Positions 37,897 through 47,130 of a stretch of DNA of 64,000 nt are shown piece by piece. This DNA comes from an uncultured Candidatus Saccharibacteria bacterium. GTDB taxonomy: Bacteria > Patescibacteriota > Minisyncoccia > Phycocordibacterales > PALSA-1337. The notes beneath the pieces are model-generated. The model was not told the origin of the DNA. It saw only the letters and a list, made by a program, of their open reading frames with translations, and did no database searches. Both the position numbers and the translations under genes were made by a program. Each line of letters begins with the position of its first letter. Position 1 is the first letter of the stretch. The stretch lies in the NCBI GenBank assembly GCA_964412585.1, contig CAYPPJ010000003.1:12027-76026 (forward strand), given 5' to 3'.

Positions 37897-38199
37897 TTAG
37901 CGCAGCTCCCCAGTCTTTATCAGCCAGTTTATGCCGCCAAAACAGCAGACGCGGCGCTTGCCACATGAGAGCATGTCGCACGCTTTTTTGATGCGTGTTT
38001 TACGCGTTTTTTCTTGTTTTGCAGTATTGAGCCAGAGGATCCAATCTCGACGTGCGATCGGGGTAATATCATCCCACTGTGCCTTGGCGAGCGGGGTAGC
38101 ATCGAGAGCTTTGCGAAGGTCGGCTGGCATTTTGGGGTGGAGCCATTTGGCGGGGATGCGAGATGTTGATGTAGCTTTGCGAGGTTTGGTTGCTTTCAT
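37897..38199 (-). CDS. YdeI/OmpD-associated (OmdA) family protein
   Basis: MPADLRKAL....A...W..ITP.ARR.WI.W...AKQ.KTR..RI.KA..ML; start 38199 follows TGcTACTAT-N6. Confidence 0.85.
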   Translation of the reverse strand: MKATKPRKATSTSRIPAKWLHPKMPADLRKALDATPLAKAQWDDITPIARRDWILWLNTAKQEKTRKTRIKKACDMLSCGKRRVCCFGGINWLIKTGELR

Positions 38200-38228
38200 G
38201 GGAGTATAGTAGCAAATAAAATGATAAC

Positions 38229-38267
38229 AAAAAAATAGCACCCCGCCACGGAAAACCGAGTGGGGTG
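38229..38267 (-). terminator. Intrinsic terminator of ilvD
   Basis: CACCCCGC...GTGGGGTG stem with a T-tract on the minus strand. Confidence 0.65.
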
Positions 38268-38282
38268 ATTGAGAGATAGAAC

Positions 38283-40115
38283 TTACGGGACTTCTTGAAT
38301 GGCGCCCCTGCTTGCGCTAGTGACAAAATGTGCATAGCGCCTGAGTGCTGGACTTACCACGCGATTTCGTTTTGGCGCTTTCTCCCCAAACCGGCGTTCG
38401 TAGATTTCTGCTTCGGTGAGATCTACATAAATCGTTCGGGTGGGAATGTTGTACGAGACGATGTCCCCGTCGCGGATGAGACCAATGAGACCTCCAGAGG
38501 CTGCTTCGGGTGACACGTGCCCAATGCATGGCCCATTTGTTCCACCCGAAAAACGTCCGTCAGTGACCAAGAAGCACGAGAGGTCGAGCTTACGTTGTTT
38601 CAAGTAGGTGGTTGGGTACAACATTTCTTGCATCCCCGGACCACCTTTGGGCCCTTCCCAGCGAATGATGACGGCGTGTCCAGGTTTGACTGTGCCGTCA
38701 AGAATTGCCTTCATGGCTACTTCTTGTGAATCGAAGACGATTGCACGACCTTCGTGGACCAGCATGCTTGAATCAACACCCGCTGTCTTCACGATACATC
38801 CTTCCGGAGCTAGATTGCCGTAGAGCACGGCCAGACCGCCGTCTTTGGAATATGCGTGATTGATTCGACGAATACATCCGGCCTCTCGATCGCAATCGAG
38901 TGATTCATAGAGAGATGAATGACTGCCCATTATTCCGCTTCGTACGCCAGCAGGTGCCCCAAAGTAGATCCTCCGGGGGTCAGACTCGTGTGACAAGTTC
39001 TTGCGCTCGAGTAATACGTCGTACGCCTGGATGACGTCACCGATATTTCGGAGTGTACGTCCTGACCATGCGTACGTTTCAACATGGTTGACTTCCGTTT
39101 TAATGCGCCCCGCGCCTTTGAGTTCGGCCAAGATTCCCATAATGCCACCGGCCCGGTTGACGTCCTCGATATGGTACGACGAGCTTGGGGCAACTTTGCA
39201 GAGCACGGGAACACGACGAGAAATCTCGTCGATGTCCATCATGGTGAAGAAGACTCCGGCTTCATGGGCAATCGCTAAGATGTGCAAGACCGTGTTTGTC
39301 GAGCCACCCATGGCGACATCGAGTGTCATTGCGTTTTCGAAGGCTTCACGGGTTGCGATTGAACGTGGCAAGACATCCGTGTTGCCGTCGCTGTAATATT
39401 CATTGGCCATGCGGACCAGCACAGCCGCTGCTTTTTTGAATAGGCCGACTCGGTCTGTATGCGTAGCTAAGATTGTTCCGTTGCCAGGAAGCGCCATACC
39501 GAGGGCTTCATTGAGGCAGTTCATACTGTTGGCAGTGAACATGCCGGAACAGGAGCCGCATGTCGGACAAGCAGATTCCTCAACGGCCTGCAATTGCTCG
39601 CTAGTGAGTTCAGAATTTGCTCCTGCGGCGATAGCGGTCACTAAGTCGGTGCGACCAGTGCCCGCCTCCATTGCACCACCGGAAACGAAGATGGTGGGAA
39701 TGTTGAGTCGCATGGCTGCCATGAGCATGCCCGGTGTGATCTTGTCGCAATTGCTGATGCAAAACAGGGCGTCAACGCAATGCGCGTTGGCCATGTACTC
39801 GACTGAATCTGCGATGAGTTCGCGAGAGGGCAAGGAATAGAGCATCCCGCCGTGACCCATAGCGATGCCATCATCGATGGCGATCGTGTCGAATTCAGCG
39901 GCGAAGCATCCCAGCTTCTCGATCTCAGCTTTCACCAGTTGTCCGATGGGGTGCAGGTGCACGTGCCCAGGGACGAACTGTGTGAATGAATTAACGATGC
40001 CGATGATGGGCTTTCCGAGCTGACTTGGTTTCATCCCGTTGGCTTTCCACAGGGAACGGGCACCGGCCATGAGTGAGCCGATGGTGACTGTATTGCTACG
40101 GAGGGGTATTTTCAT
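38283..40115 (-). CDS. ilvD: Dihydroxy-acid dehydratase
   Basis: [59 protein letters not shown] and TDGRFSG motifs. Confidence 0.97.
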   Translation of the reverse strand: MKIPLRSNTVTIGSLMAGARSLWKANGMKPSQLGKPIIGIVNSFTQFVPGHVHLHPIGQLVKAEIEKLGCFAAEFDTIAIDDGIAMGHGGMLYSLPSRELIADSVEYMANAHCVDALFCISNCDKITPGMLMAAMRLNIPTIFVSGGAMEAGTGRTDLVTAIAAGANSELTSEQLQAVEESACPTCGSCSGMFTANSMNCLNEALGMALPGNGTILATHTDRVGLFKKAAAVLVRMANEYYSDGNTDVLPRSIATREAFENAMTLDVAMGGSTNTVLHILAIAHEAGVFFTMMDIDEISRRVPVLCKVAPSSSYHIEDVNRAGGIMGILAELKGAGRIKTEVNHVETYAWSGRTLRNIGDVIQAYDVLLERKNLSHESDPRRIYFGAPAGVRSGIMGSHSSLYESLDCDREAGCIRRINHAYSKDGGLAVLYGNLAPEGCIVKTAGVDSSMLVHEGRAIVFDSQEVAMKAILDGTVKPGHAVIIRWEGPKGGPGMQEMLYPTTYLKQRKLDLSCFLVTDGRFSGGTNGPCIGHVSPEAASGGLIGLIRDGDIVSYNIPTRTIYVDLTEAEIYERRFGEKAPKRNRVVSPALRRYAHFVTSASRGAIQEVP

Positions 40116-40180
40116 TATGTCTAGGGGCTGTTTGTTTTCGTTGTTTTGACGCCCGAAAGCGTCTCTCAGAATCCAAGGTC

Positions 40181-40209
40181 ACATTACAATAATATATGTA
40201 CTGTGGCAA
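40181..40209 (-). promoter_or_regulatory. sigma70-type promoter of ilvD
   Basis: TTGCCA-N17-TAATGT on the minus strand. Confidence 0.5.
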
Positions 40210-40294
40210 ACTGACCTGATGCGCTATTTTTGTATTCAATTCATTTGCTATACTGTTCCTAGCAGCACCTCCTTTACCATAATTTCTTAATTCT

Positions 40295-40717
40295 ATGTTT
40301 ACCATCAATATTTTAGCCGTCATTGTGGCGGCGCTCGCAGCTTTTATTCTCGGTTTTTTGTTCCATGGTCCGGTCACTGGCAAACTGTGGATGAAACTTG
40401 CCGATATTCATCCAACAGGCAATGAGAAGCTTGGGGACATGATCCCACAAATGATATGGAATCTCATATCGAACGTGGTCATGACTCTCGGTGTTGCGGT
40501 TATCTACGCATTCGCAGTTACATCGCCATCATTGAGCGATTGCGGTCTGTGGGGAGCCGTCCTTATTTCTTTGATTGTCTGGCTTGGCTTTCTCGTCACC
40601 TCTTCATCTATTGAAGTTATCTGGATGGGCAGAAAGGCAAAACTCTGGCTTTTTGAGAGCGCCTGCTCACTGGTCGTGATGTTTGTCGTGGGAGTGATTA
40701 TTGGCGCGTGGAGGTAG
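40295..40717 (+). CDS. DUF1761 family membrane protein
   Basis: IN.LAVIVAALAAFILG.L...P..GK.WM motif; 4 TM helices. Confidence 0.8.
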   Translation: MFTINILAVIVAALAAFILGFLFHGPVTGKLWMKLADIHPTGNEKLGDMIPQMIWNLISNVVMTLGVAVIYAFAVTSPSLSDCGLWGAVLISLIVWLGFLVTSSSIEVIWMGRKAKLWLFESACSLVVMFVVGVIIGAWR

Positions 40718-41324
40718 TTTGGTAACTCATATATCAGTGACTACAAGAATACGGATTTTCATTGTACTTGGTGTTTTCATTCTCGTAACATTTATTGCGG
40801 GGTATGTTTCCATGCAATACGATTCTGAAGTCGCTCAGGGAAATCTCTATACGGATGCCTCGGGGAGCTTTTCTATCAACTTGCCTGCAGGGTATGTCGT
40901 CGACGAATCCTATCAGTATCAAAAAGATCCACAGACGGTATTTGAGGGCGTCAAATTTACCATACCGAAAGATCGTGCCGATGGTACAAATTTGGCTCAT
41001 GATACCTATGTGAGCGTCGAAATGGCGCCAGCAGTGGATACATGTACCGCGGGTGTGTTTCTTGATGGCGTCCATAGCGTCTCAGTTCAACAGATACGTG
41101 GCATGACCGTTACGGTGGCAACATCATCTGGTGCGGGAGCAGGGAACAGATACGACGAAACAGTTTATGCGTTTCCGCGGTCTCATCTATGTATTGCAGT
41201 ACGTTATTTCGTGCACTACGGAGCGATTCAGAATTATGAACCAGGTGCAGTCAGTGAGTTTAATGAACAGGTACTGCTCAATGAGTTTGACCGGATACGT
41301 GATAGTTTGAGGTTACACGAGTAG
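40701..41324 (+). CDS. Hypothetical exported protein (start uncertain)
   Basis: N-terminal TM helix, FSI.LP motif, GAGAGNRY, two Cys. Confidence 0.65.
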   Translation: MARGGSLVTHISVTTRIRIFIVLGVFILVTFIAGYVSMQYDSEVAQGNLYTDASGSFSINLPAGYVVDESYQYQKDPQTVFEGVKFTIPKDRADGTNLAHDTYVSVEMAPAVDTCTAGVFLDGVHSVSVQQIRGMTVTVATSSGAGAGNRYDETVYAFPRSHLCIAVRYFVHYGAIQNYEPGAVSEFNEQVLLNEFDRIRDSLRLHE

Positions 41325-41327
41325 GTC

Positions 41328-42611
41328 CTACTCCTTTGGTAGTACCACCGTCACGGTTGTACCTTTATTGAGCTCCGAAGTGAGGTTTATTGTGCCTCCG
41401 TGGAGGTTCACTATCTTTCGAGCTGTATAAAGACCAATACCACTCTGATCAGGTTCTATTTGTAGGGCGTTTTTACCGCGATACATACGTTCAAATATAT
41501 ATTTCATATCAACTAGTGATATGCCGATGCCTGTATCTCGAATAGTTAGTCTAATCCCGGATCCTTCATCGGTCAGCGTAATTTCGACACGAGCTTGCGG
41601 TGAGTATTTTAGAGAGTTATCAATCAGATTGTTCATAGCTGCCCGGAGTAGTTTTTTGTCAGCCACAATCTCCATATGCTGAGGAACGCGTACCACCAGG
41701 GTGACTTCCTTGCGTTGGGCGAGAAATTCCAGGTCACTGATAATATCTCGCACCAACAGGGCAAAATCAAAAGGTGCTTTTTTGATAGCCAGAGCTTTCT
41801 CGGTACTTTCGGTTGCCTTGAGCATATCGCCCACAATACGGATAGCGTCGTTGACTCGTTCGATACTCGTTTTCAGGATGGAGCCCGCATCAGGTGCAGA
41901 TAAATTGTCACCGATGGACTCAAGAGCCCACTTGATGCCGGTGAGTGGTGTACGAAGCTGGTGCTCGGCGATACTGAGGAAGTCATTTTTGAGTGCGTCT
42001 ACTTGCGCGAGTTCAGTGAGCCGCTTGCTTGCTTCCTCCTTTTCAGATTTTTGGCGCAACGATTCAATGACGATATGATGCATGAAATATGCGATCATAC
42101 CAACAAGCGCTGTTTGGATCACATGGTGGGTGATGAGGCTACTGGTGATCTCTGCCTCAGGGTACGTAAAAATAAGTGCACCCAGTGCGATGGTGATGAA
42201 AATACCGACATCGCGTGTTGTGGTGCGATCCAAATAGACCGCAGACGTGAGTAGGGGGAATACAAGCAAGAAGACAAATGAGCTATCCACGCCTCCGGTT
42301 ATGAAAATGAAGTAAATGAAAAAAGCAGCATAGGCATATTGTGCTGCATTGTAGTAAACATTCTTTTTTGTATATTCGTGGAGGCTAAAAAGAGTGGCGT
42401 GTGCGATACCGATCGCGAAAAGTGATATGCAGGCCGCTCGAGGGTCAGGCATCCACATAAACCATGAGGGGATCTTGTAGATGAGGGTTGAAATAATGAT
42501 AGGCACGATGATGCCGATCATCTCGATGGCAATAAAATAAATTTTGATGTGTGAGCTGGATGACTTTGGGGCGGCGACAGGGAGTTTGGTAGAAGTTTCA
42601 GTGGTTTCCAT
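41328..42611 (-). CDS. Membrane sensor histidine kinase (no adjacent response regulator)
   Basis: TM region; H-box EHQLRTPLT; NLIDNSLKYS, DTGIGI, F.R.YRG and GIGLY motifs. Start reassigned to 42611 (TGtTACAAT-N6-ATG). Confidence 0.92.
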   Translation of the reverse strand: METTETSTKLPVAAPKSSSSHIKIYFIAIEMIGIIVPIIISTLIYKIPSWFMWMPDPRAACISLFAIGIAHATLFSLHEYTKKNVYYNAAQYAYAAFFIYFIFITGGVDSSFVFLLVFPLLTSAVYLDRTTTRDVGIFITIALGALIFTYPEAEITSSLITHHVIQTALVGMIAYFMHHIVIESLRQKSEKEEASKRLTELAQVDALKNDFLSIAEHQLRTPLTGIKWALESIGDNLSAPDAGSILKTSIERVNDAIRIVGDMLKATESTEKALAIKKAPFDFALLVRDIISDLEFLAQRKEVTLVVRVPQHMEIVADKKLLRAAMNNLIDNSLKYSPQARVEITLTDEGSGIRLTIRDTGIGISLVDMKYIFERMYRGKNALQIEPDQSGIGLYTARKIVNLHGGTINLTSELNKGTTVTVVLPKE

Positions 42612-42641
42612 GCAGATATTGTAACATGGAGCCATGTATAG

Positions 42642-42679
42642 AAAAAATAAAACCCTGCTCCGTGGGGACGGAACAGGGT
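42642..42679 (-). terminator. Intrinsic terminator
   Basis: ACCCTG.TCCGT...ACGGA.CAGGGT stem with an A-tract on the plus strand. Confidence 0.65.
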
Positions 42680-42697
42680 GGGGAAGCAATCACGAGC

Positions 42698-43657
42698 TTA
42701 CTTCCAAACAGGCTGGATCACCAGGAGCATAGGATTGACTTTGAGATAATCAGGTATCCGGCGCACGAAGACCTGTTTTACCAATTCCCGAAAGCCGCTT
42801 TCGGTGGTCGGTATTGGAACCGACATGAGTTCGGCAATCTCGAGGATTGCACCCTTCACATAGGGCCCTATATGTTTGTCGCTGAATGCCGGCTGACCGA
42901 TGGTGGCAATCTCCCGGATTCCCAAGCCAGACGGCACTGTGGCGAAGGCGTGCACGATGCACCCATAGATCATCGTCTGCAAGGCAGTTGCTAGAGACTC
43001 GATGACCATGCTGGAATCAGGTTCGCGCGCATTGAGACTCTCGACGAAGAGTGGCAGGCTCTTCTGCTTGAGGGCCAGCATACTCAGCCAGCTAGTAGCT
43101 TCCTGCCGCTTGGCTGAGGAAGCATTACTTTTGCGCATCACCATGATTGCGCGCAAGAGAGCTTCAGCGTCTTCCAGGCGACCTTCATCAAAAGCCTTGA
43201 GAAAGTCAACTTCGCGACCGTATAGTTCACGACGCTTTTCTTCAAAGGCCTTCTCGCAGTATGCGATATCAGCCTCGACGTCATAGTCGGCGTAGCTCTT
43301 CTGGTCCGGCAGTTTCCTTTTTGCCAGCGGCCCAAGGAACTCACGTTTGACCTCGGCGTTGTGTTTTTTCATAGCGTCCAGGTACCGGAGCTGGAACTTC
43401 GTCGGTTGGCTTGCGTACAGGACGTTTTGCGGTTCGAGTTCGGCGCGTACACGGTCGAAGATCTCCCGATGGATCGGTTCGAATTTTTTGAGAACGCCAG
43501 CCACGAAGTGCTCACGTTGTTCGCCTTGGAAACTCGCCATGGCGAGGTGTACCGCGTCAGGTGAAGTGGCTGCAGATTGTGCCGTCTCCCACATCTTTTG
43601 CCAGAAGGCGTCATCGAGTTTTGGTATGACATTTGCATGGACTGCATGTGTGCTCAT
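42698..43657 (-). CDS. Hypothetical alpha-helical protein
   Basis: 319-aa ORF with its own promoter and terminator; no recognised motif. Confidence 0.7.
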   Translation of the reverse strand: MSTHAVHANVIPKLDDAFWQKMWETAQSAATSPDAVHLAMASFQGEQREHFVAGVLKKFEPIHREIFDRVRAELEPQNVLYASQPTKFQLRYLDAMKKHNAEVKREFLGPLAKRKLPDQKSYADYDVEADIAYCEKAFEEKRRELYGREVDFLKAFDEGRLEDAEALLRAIMVMRKSNASSAKRQEATSWLSMLALKQKSLPLFVESLNAREPDSSMVIESLATALQTMIYGCIVHAFATVPSGLGIREIATIGQPAFSDKHIGPYVKGAILEIAELMSVPIPTTESGFRELVKQVFVRRIPDYLKVNPMLLVIQPVWK

Positions 43658-43693
43658 AGTTTGTATTCAGTTGGTTGGTTCAAGTTTGACTAG

Positions 43694-43722
43694 ATATTAA
43701 AATACTATCTGGTAAATGTCAA
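43694..43722 (-). promoter_or_regulatory. sigma70 promoter
   Basis: TTGACA-N17-TAATAT. Confidence 0.7.
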
Positions 43723-43797
43723 TACCTTGCCATCTAGTTTCCCTCTTGAAAGGGAAATGCTATGATATCCACGTTATCAAGTCATAATCATATACCT

Positions 43798-44052
43798 ATG
43801 GCAAAAGAAAATTCAGCGTTTATGAAGCCTCTCAATGTCAGTGAAGATCTCGCTGCTATTGTCGGCAAGGGTCCGTTGCCTCGTTCAGAAGTCGTCAAGA
43901 AGCTCTGGGTCTACATCAAGGGCAAGAACCTCCAGGATCCAAAGAATAAGCGCAACATCAATGCTGATGAAGCTCTCAAGAAGGTCTTTGGTGGCAAAGC
44001 AGTCGTCAACATGTTCGAGATGACCAAGCTCGTCTCAAAGCACCTCTCATAA
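43798..44052 (+). CDS. SWIB/MDM2 domain protein
   Basis: FMKPL.VSEDLAAIVG..PLPRSEVVKKLW.YIK..NLQDP.NKR.I.AD..LK motif. Confidence 0.95.
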   Translation: MAKENSAFMKPLNVSEDLAAIVGKGPLPRSEVVKKLWVYIKGKNLQDPKNKRNINADEALKKVFGGKAVVNMFEMTKLVSKHLS

Positions 44053-44071
44053 TTTTCATTACAGTGTACCC

Positions 44072-44100
44072 AAAAAAGCCGGTATCGACACGGCTTTTTT
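44072..44100. terminator. Intrinsic terminator (bidirectional form)
   Basis: AAAAAAGCCG...CGGCTTTTTT. Confidence 0.75.
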
Positions 44101-44230
44101 GTTACACCACAATCCAGCAATTCTTTTGACGTACCTATAGTTTTTGTGGTAGGGTCTTTGCAGAAAGTTTGTTGTCTCGACACCGTGTCTGAGCGGACTT
44201 TCAGTAGAGAAACCTCAACCAAGATACATC

Positions 44231-45304
44231 ATGAAAAAATCGGCGAGTCGAAAAAAACAGTCAATCCTGGAAATGCCCTATAAACCGGCGCGCGTCTATA
44301 CAAACGACGATGCCAACCCGGGGGTTCTCAAAGGAAAGACGTTGGCTGTGCTCGGATTTGGCTCACAAGGCCACGCCCATGCACTCAACCTCGTGGAGTC
44401 TGGATTCAGGGTCATCATTGGCCTGTATCCTGGCAGCAAATCCATTCCCGTTGCTGAGGAAAAGGGACTCAAAGTTTTTCCTGTTGATGTCGCTGTCCGT
44501 ACGGCCGATGTCATCATGATTTCCTTGCCGGACATGGTTCAACCGGGTGTGTTCAATCAGCTCATCAAGCCGAACCTCACACCGGGGCAAACCGTCGTCT
44601 TCCTGCACGGGCTGACGGTCCATTCGCACCTCTTGCGTGTGCCAAAAGGTGTCAACGTCATTATGGTCGCGCCCAAGGGTCCCGGTCACATCGTCCGCCG
44701 TCAATATCTCGAAGGCAAAGGCGTGCCCAGCTTGATCGCGGTGGCAAAGGGTGGGGCAGTCGCAAAGCAGATTGCCCTGGCGTGGGCGTGGGGGATTGGT
44801 GCCACCCGCGCAGGCGTGATCGAGACGGACTTCAAAGAAGAAATGGAGACGGATCTGTTCGGCGAACAGACGGTGCTCTGTGGTGGAGTTTCCGCGCTCA
44901 TGCGCATGGGCTTCGAGGTGCTCGTCGAGGCGGGATATTCACCTGAGATGGCCTACTTCGAGTGCGTGCATGAAATGAAGCTCATCATTGACTTGGTCAA
45001 CGAAGCCGGCATTAGCGGCATGCGCTTCTCGATTTCCGAGACGGCCAAGTGGGGCGATGTCAGCGTCGGACCAAAGATCATTGATGGGAGCGTCAAGAAG
45101 CGCATGAAGAAAGCTCTCAAGGATATCCAGTCTGGCAAATTCGTTAAGAGGTGGGCTGCTGAATACGCGGCCGGCAAGCCCAATTACCGCCGACTTCTCA
45201 AGGCCGACGAGGGCCATCTCCTTGAACAGACTGGCACCCGCCTCCGCTCCATGATGCCCTGGATGCAGAAGCGCGACATTCAGGGTGCGCAGGCGAAGTA
45301 CTAA
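44231..45304 (+). CDS. ilvC: Ketol-acid reductoisomerase (class I)
   Basis: GFGSQGHAHALNL, MVAPKGPGH, ETDLFGEQ.VLCGG, PEMAYFEC.HE.KLI.DL and SISETAKWG motifs. Confidence 0.97.
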   Translation: MKKSASRKKQSILEMPYKPARVYTNDDANPGVLKGKTLAVLGFGSQGHAHALNLVESGFRVIIGLYPGSKSIPVAEEKGLKVFPVDVAVRTADVIMISLPDMVQPGVFNQLIKPNLTPGQTVVFLHGLTVHSHLLRVPKGVNVIMVAPKGPGHIVRRQYLEGKGVPSLIAVAKGGAVAKQIALAWAWGIGATRAGVIETDFKEEMETDLFGEQTVLCGGVSALMRMGFEVLVEAGYSPEMAYFECVHEMKLIIDLVNEAGISGMRFSISETAKWGDVSVGPKIIDGSVKKRMKKALKDIQSGKFVKRWAAEYAAGKPNYRRLLKADEGHLLEQTGTRLRSMMPWMQKRDIQGAQAKY

Positions 45305-45351
45305 TTCCGTGCGGCGGGCAAGATGTCCGTGTGTGCTTGTACGCCAAACGG

Positions 45352-45388
45352 CGCGTGTGGTTCCGAAAGGAATCACACGCGATTTTTT
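45352..45388 (+). terminator. Intrinsic terminator of ilvC
   Basis: CGCGTGTGGTTCC-GAAA-GGAATCACACGCG followed by a T-tract. Confidence 0.8.
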
Positions 45389-45399
45389 ATTGCGCCATG

Positions 45400-46308
45400 T
45401 TACTCAAACACATTTATGAGATACTCATCAATCTTGCGCTGATCCATGTCGTAGAAGTTCATGTTGTTGTCGTGCAAATATGTTGCAAGCTTTACGCCGA
45501 CATAGCGCCAGTGCCATGGTTCAAAGACGTAGAATTTGTTGTTTTTCGGATAGGAAAGAATAAAGCCGTACCGATAGGCATTTTGCATGAGCCACGTGAA
45601 TGCCTTGGTGTCATCAAATCCCTCAAGTTGCCCGCCAAGTCCTGAAGTAATGAAATCAAGTGCTGTACCGAGCTGGTGCTCTGAGTACCCTTGGTCTGCA
45701 GAGAATTGATTTGCAGTACCTGCACCATACGTAATCGTATAGACACCCTTGAGTGCTTGTTGTTCATTGAAGGAACGGTAGGCTGACTGCACATATATTT
45801 TGACTTGGTCAGCATCAGCAGCTGTCAGCATATCCTTGAGGCGGGGAAGGACATCCGTATGTATTTTGAGAACTCGTGTCGCAATAAACTTGAATTGATC
45901 GGGAATCTCGGCCAGTCGTGCGGGCGCATAGTATTCGTTGAGGAAAAATACTTTTGAATATTTTTGAAGTAATTGCGGATCGGTTTTGCTGAGCTTTTGG
46001 AGTGTTTCAACTGTGTTTGAAACGGTACCGACCTGCTGTTGATATGTACCAAGCTGCTGTTTGATTGTGCCCACATTTTGCTGCTGCAAATGGAGTTGGT
46101 CATTGATATACATTTGTGATGAGGCAATCGTCTGGCGGAGACTTTCAGTTGTTGACGCAAGTGCACCTTCAAGTGTACTGACTCGCGCTGCCAATGTTGA
46201 AGTACGTGCATTTGTCCTGTACAGACCAATAACACTGTAGCAAATAACGGCCACTAAAAAGAGTAAAGGAATCCCATACCAAAGCACAAAATTATGTTTG
46301 AGAGACAT
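45400..46308 (-). CDS. M15B (VanY-like) D,D-carboxypeptidase with N-terminal anchor and coiled coil
   Basis: SAYRS...Q, SA..GYSEHQLG.ALD, NAYRYGFILSYP and EPWHWRYVG motifs; start 46308 (TATAAT-N6-ATG). Confidence 0.92.
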   Translation of the reverse strand: MSLKHNFVLWYGIPLLFLVAVICYSVIGLYRTNARTSTLAARVSTLEGALASTTESLRQTIASSQMYINDQLHLQQQNVGTIKQQLGTYQQQVGTVSNTVETLQKLSKTDPQLLQKYSKVFFLNEYYAPARLAEIPDQFKFIATRVLKIHTDVLPRLKDMLTAADADQVKIYVQSAYRSFNEQQALKGVYTITYGAGTANQFSADQGYSEHQLGTALDFITSGLGGQLEGFDDTKAFTWLMQNAYRYGFILSYPKNNKFYVFEPWHWRYVGVKLATYLHDNNMNFYDMDQRKIDEYLINVFE

Positions 46309-46356
46309 GGGGGCATTATAATCCAAGTACCTGCATTTGGGTACTATTCATCCACA

Positions 46357-46385
46357 TTGACATGTGTCGTGGCGGGGAGTAGTTT
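46357..46385 (+). promoter_or_regulatory. sigma70 promoter
   Basis: TTGACA-N17-TAGTTT. Confidence 0.6.
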
Positions 46386-46412
46386 TATGCGAGTGTCCTT
46401 TGGTTTTTAACT

Positions 46413-47027
46413 ATGGTAGAACCTCAACCCAGCATTGAAATGACTAAGAAATTCATTATTGTGGTGTCGGTACCAGTCTCGAATGAAGGTCGCACTGAGT
46501 GGTCCGAGCGCGTTCGGGCGATCATACAGGGAGCGACTATATTTCTCCGTGCCAGTGCACATGAGTGTGCTGATTCGAGGGAAGTTATCAATGGATCTCA
46601 TGTTGTTAGTCTTGTTGCACTGTCTCGCGGCAATCTTATTGCAAAGATGCAACATTTCGCATTGGGGTATGCGGCCAACGGTTTTGGACTCCTGATGGTG
46701 CCGCGGCCGCTCGTGCGAGAAGTCTTGTGTGCGGAGGATGTTGACTGTCTTGCGGTCCCGTGCGATGTCGAAAATCGTCCGCAATCAGCTCGTCCGATAC
46801 GTTTGGCCGAAGAGCTCTGTGCACTTCTCGGCGAGCCCATCGTCACTGGTGCTGAAATGTTCAACACAAAGACTCGGCTACCGGATACCTTGAACATTCC
46901 CGCTCCACGCTCGTCGTCACTTGGGTCTCGACGCCCGCTGTCTGCAGCGACTGTTGGGGTACGCTCTGGCGTTTCGTTGGGCACAAATAGTGTGCATGGT
47001 CTCGCAGAGGCGGCGACTGCCAGTTAA
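46413..47027 (+). CDS. Hypothetical protein
   Basis: ORF bounded by a promoter and a terminator; no recognised motif. Confidence 0.55.
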   Translation: MVEPQPSIEMTKKFIIVVSVPVSNEGRTEWSERVRAIIQGATIFLRASAHECADSREVINGSHVVSLVALSRGNLIAKMQHFALGYAANGFGLLMVPRPLVREVLCAEDVDCLAVPCDVENRPQSARPIRLAEELCALLGEPIVTGAEMFNTKTRLPDTLNIPAPRSSSLGSRRPLSAATVGVRSGVSLGTNSVHGLAEAATAS

Positions 47028-47041
47028 TTTCAACATCGTTC

Positions 47042-47076
47042 ACGAGTCGTGGCACTGCCGCGACTCGTTTTATTTT
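47042..47076 (+). terminator. Intrinsic terminator
   Basis: ACGAGTCGTGGC...GCCGCGACTCGT followed by a T-tract. Confidence 0.75.
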
Positions 47077-47130
47077 GCTCATTACGCAGATATGTATACA
47101 TAAATAGGGTAAACAGGTAAAATGGCACAC

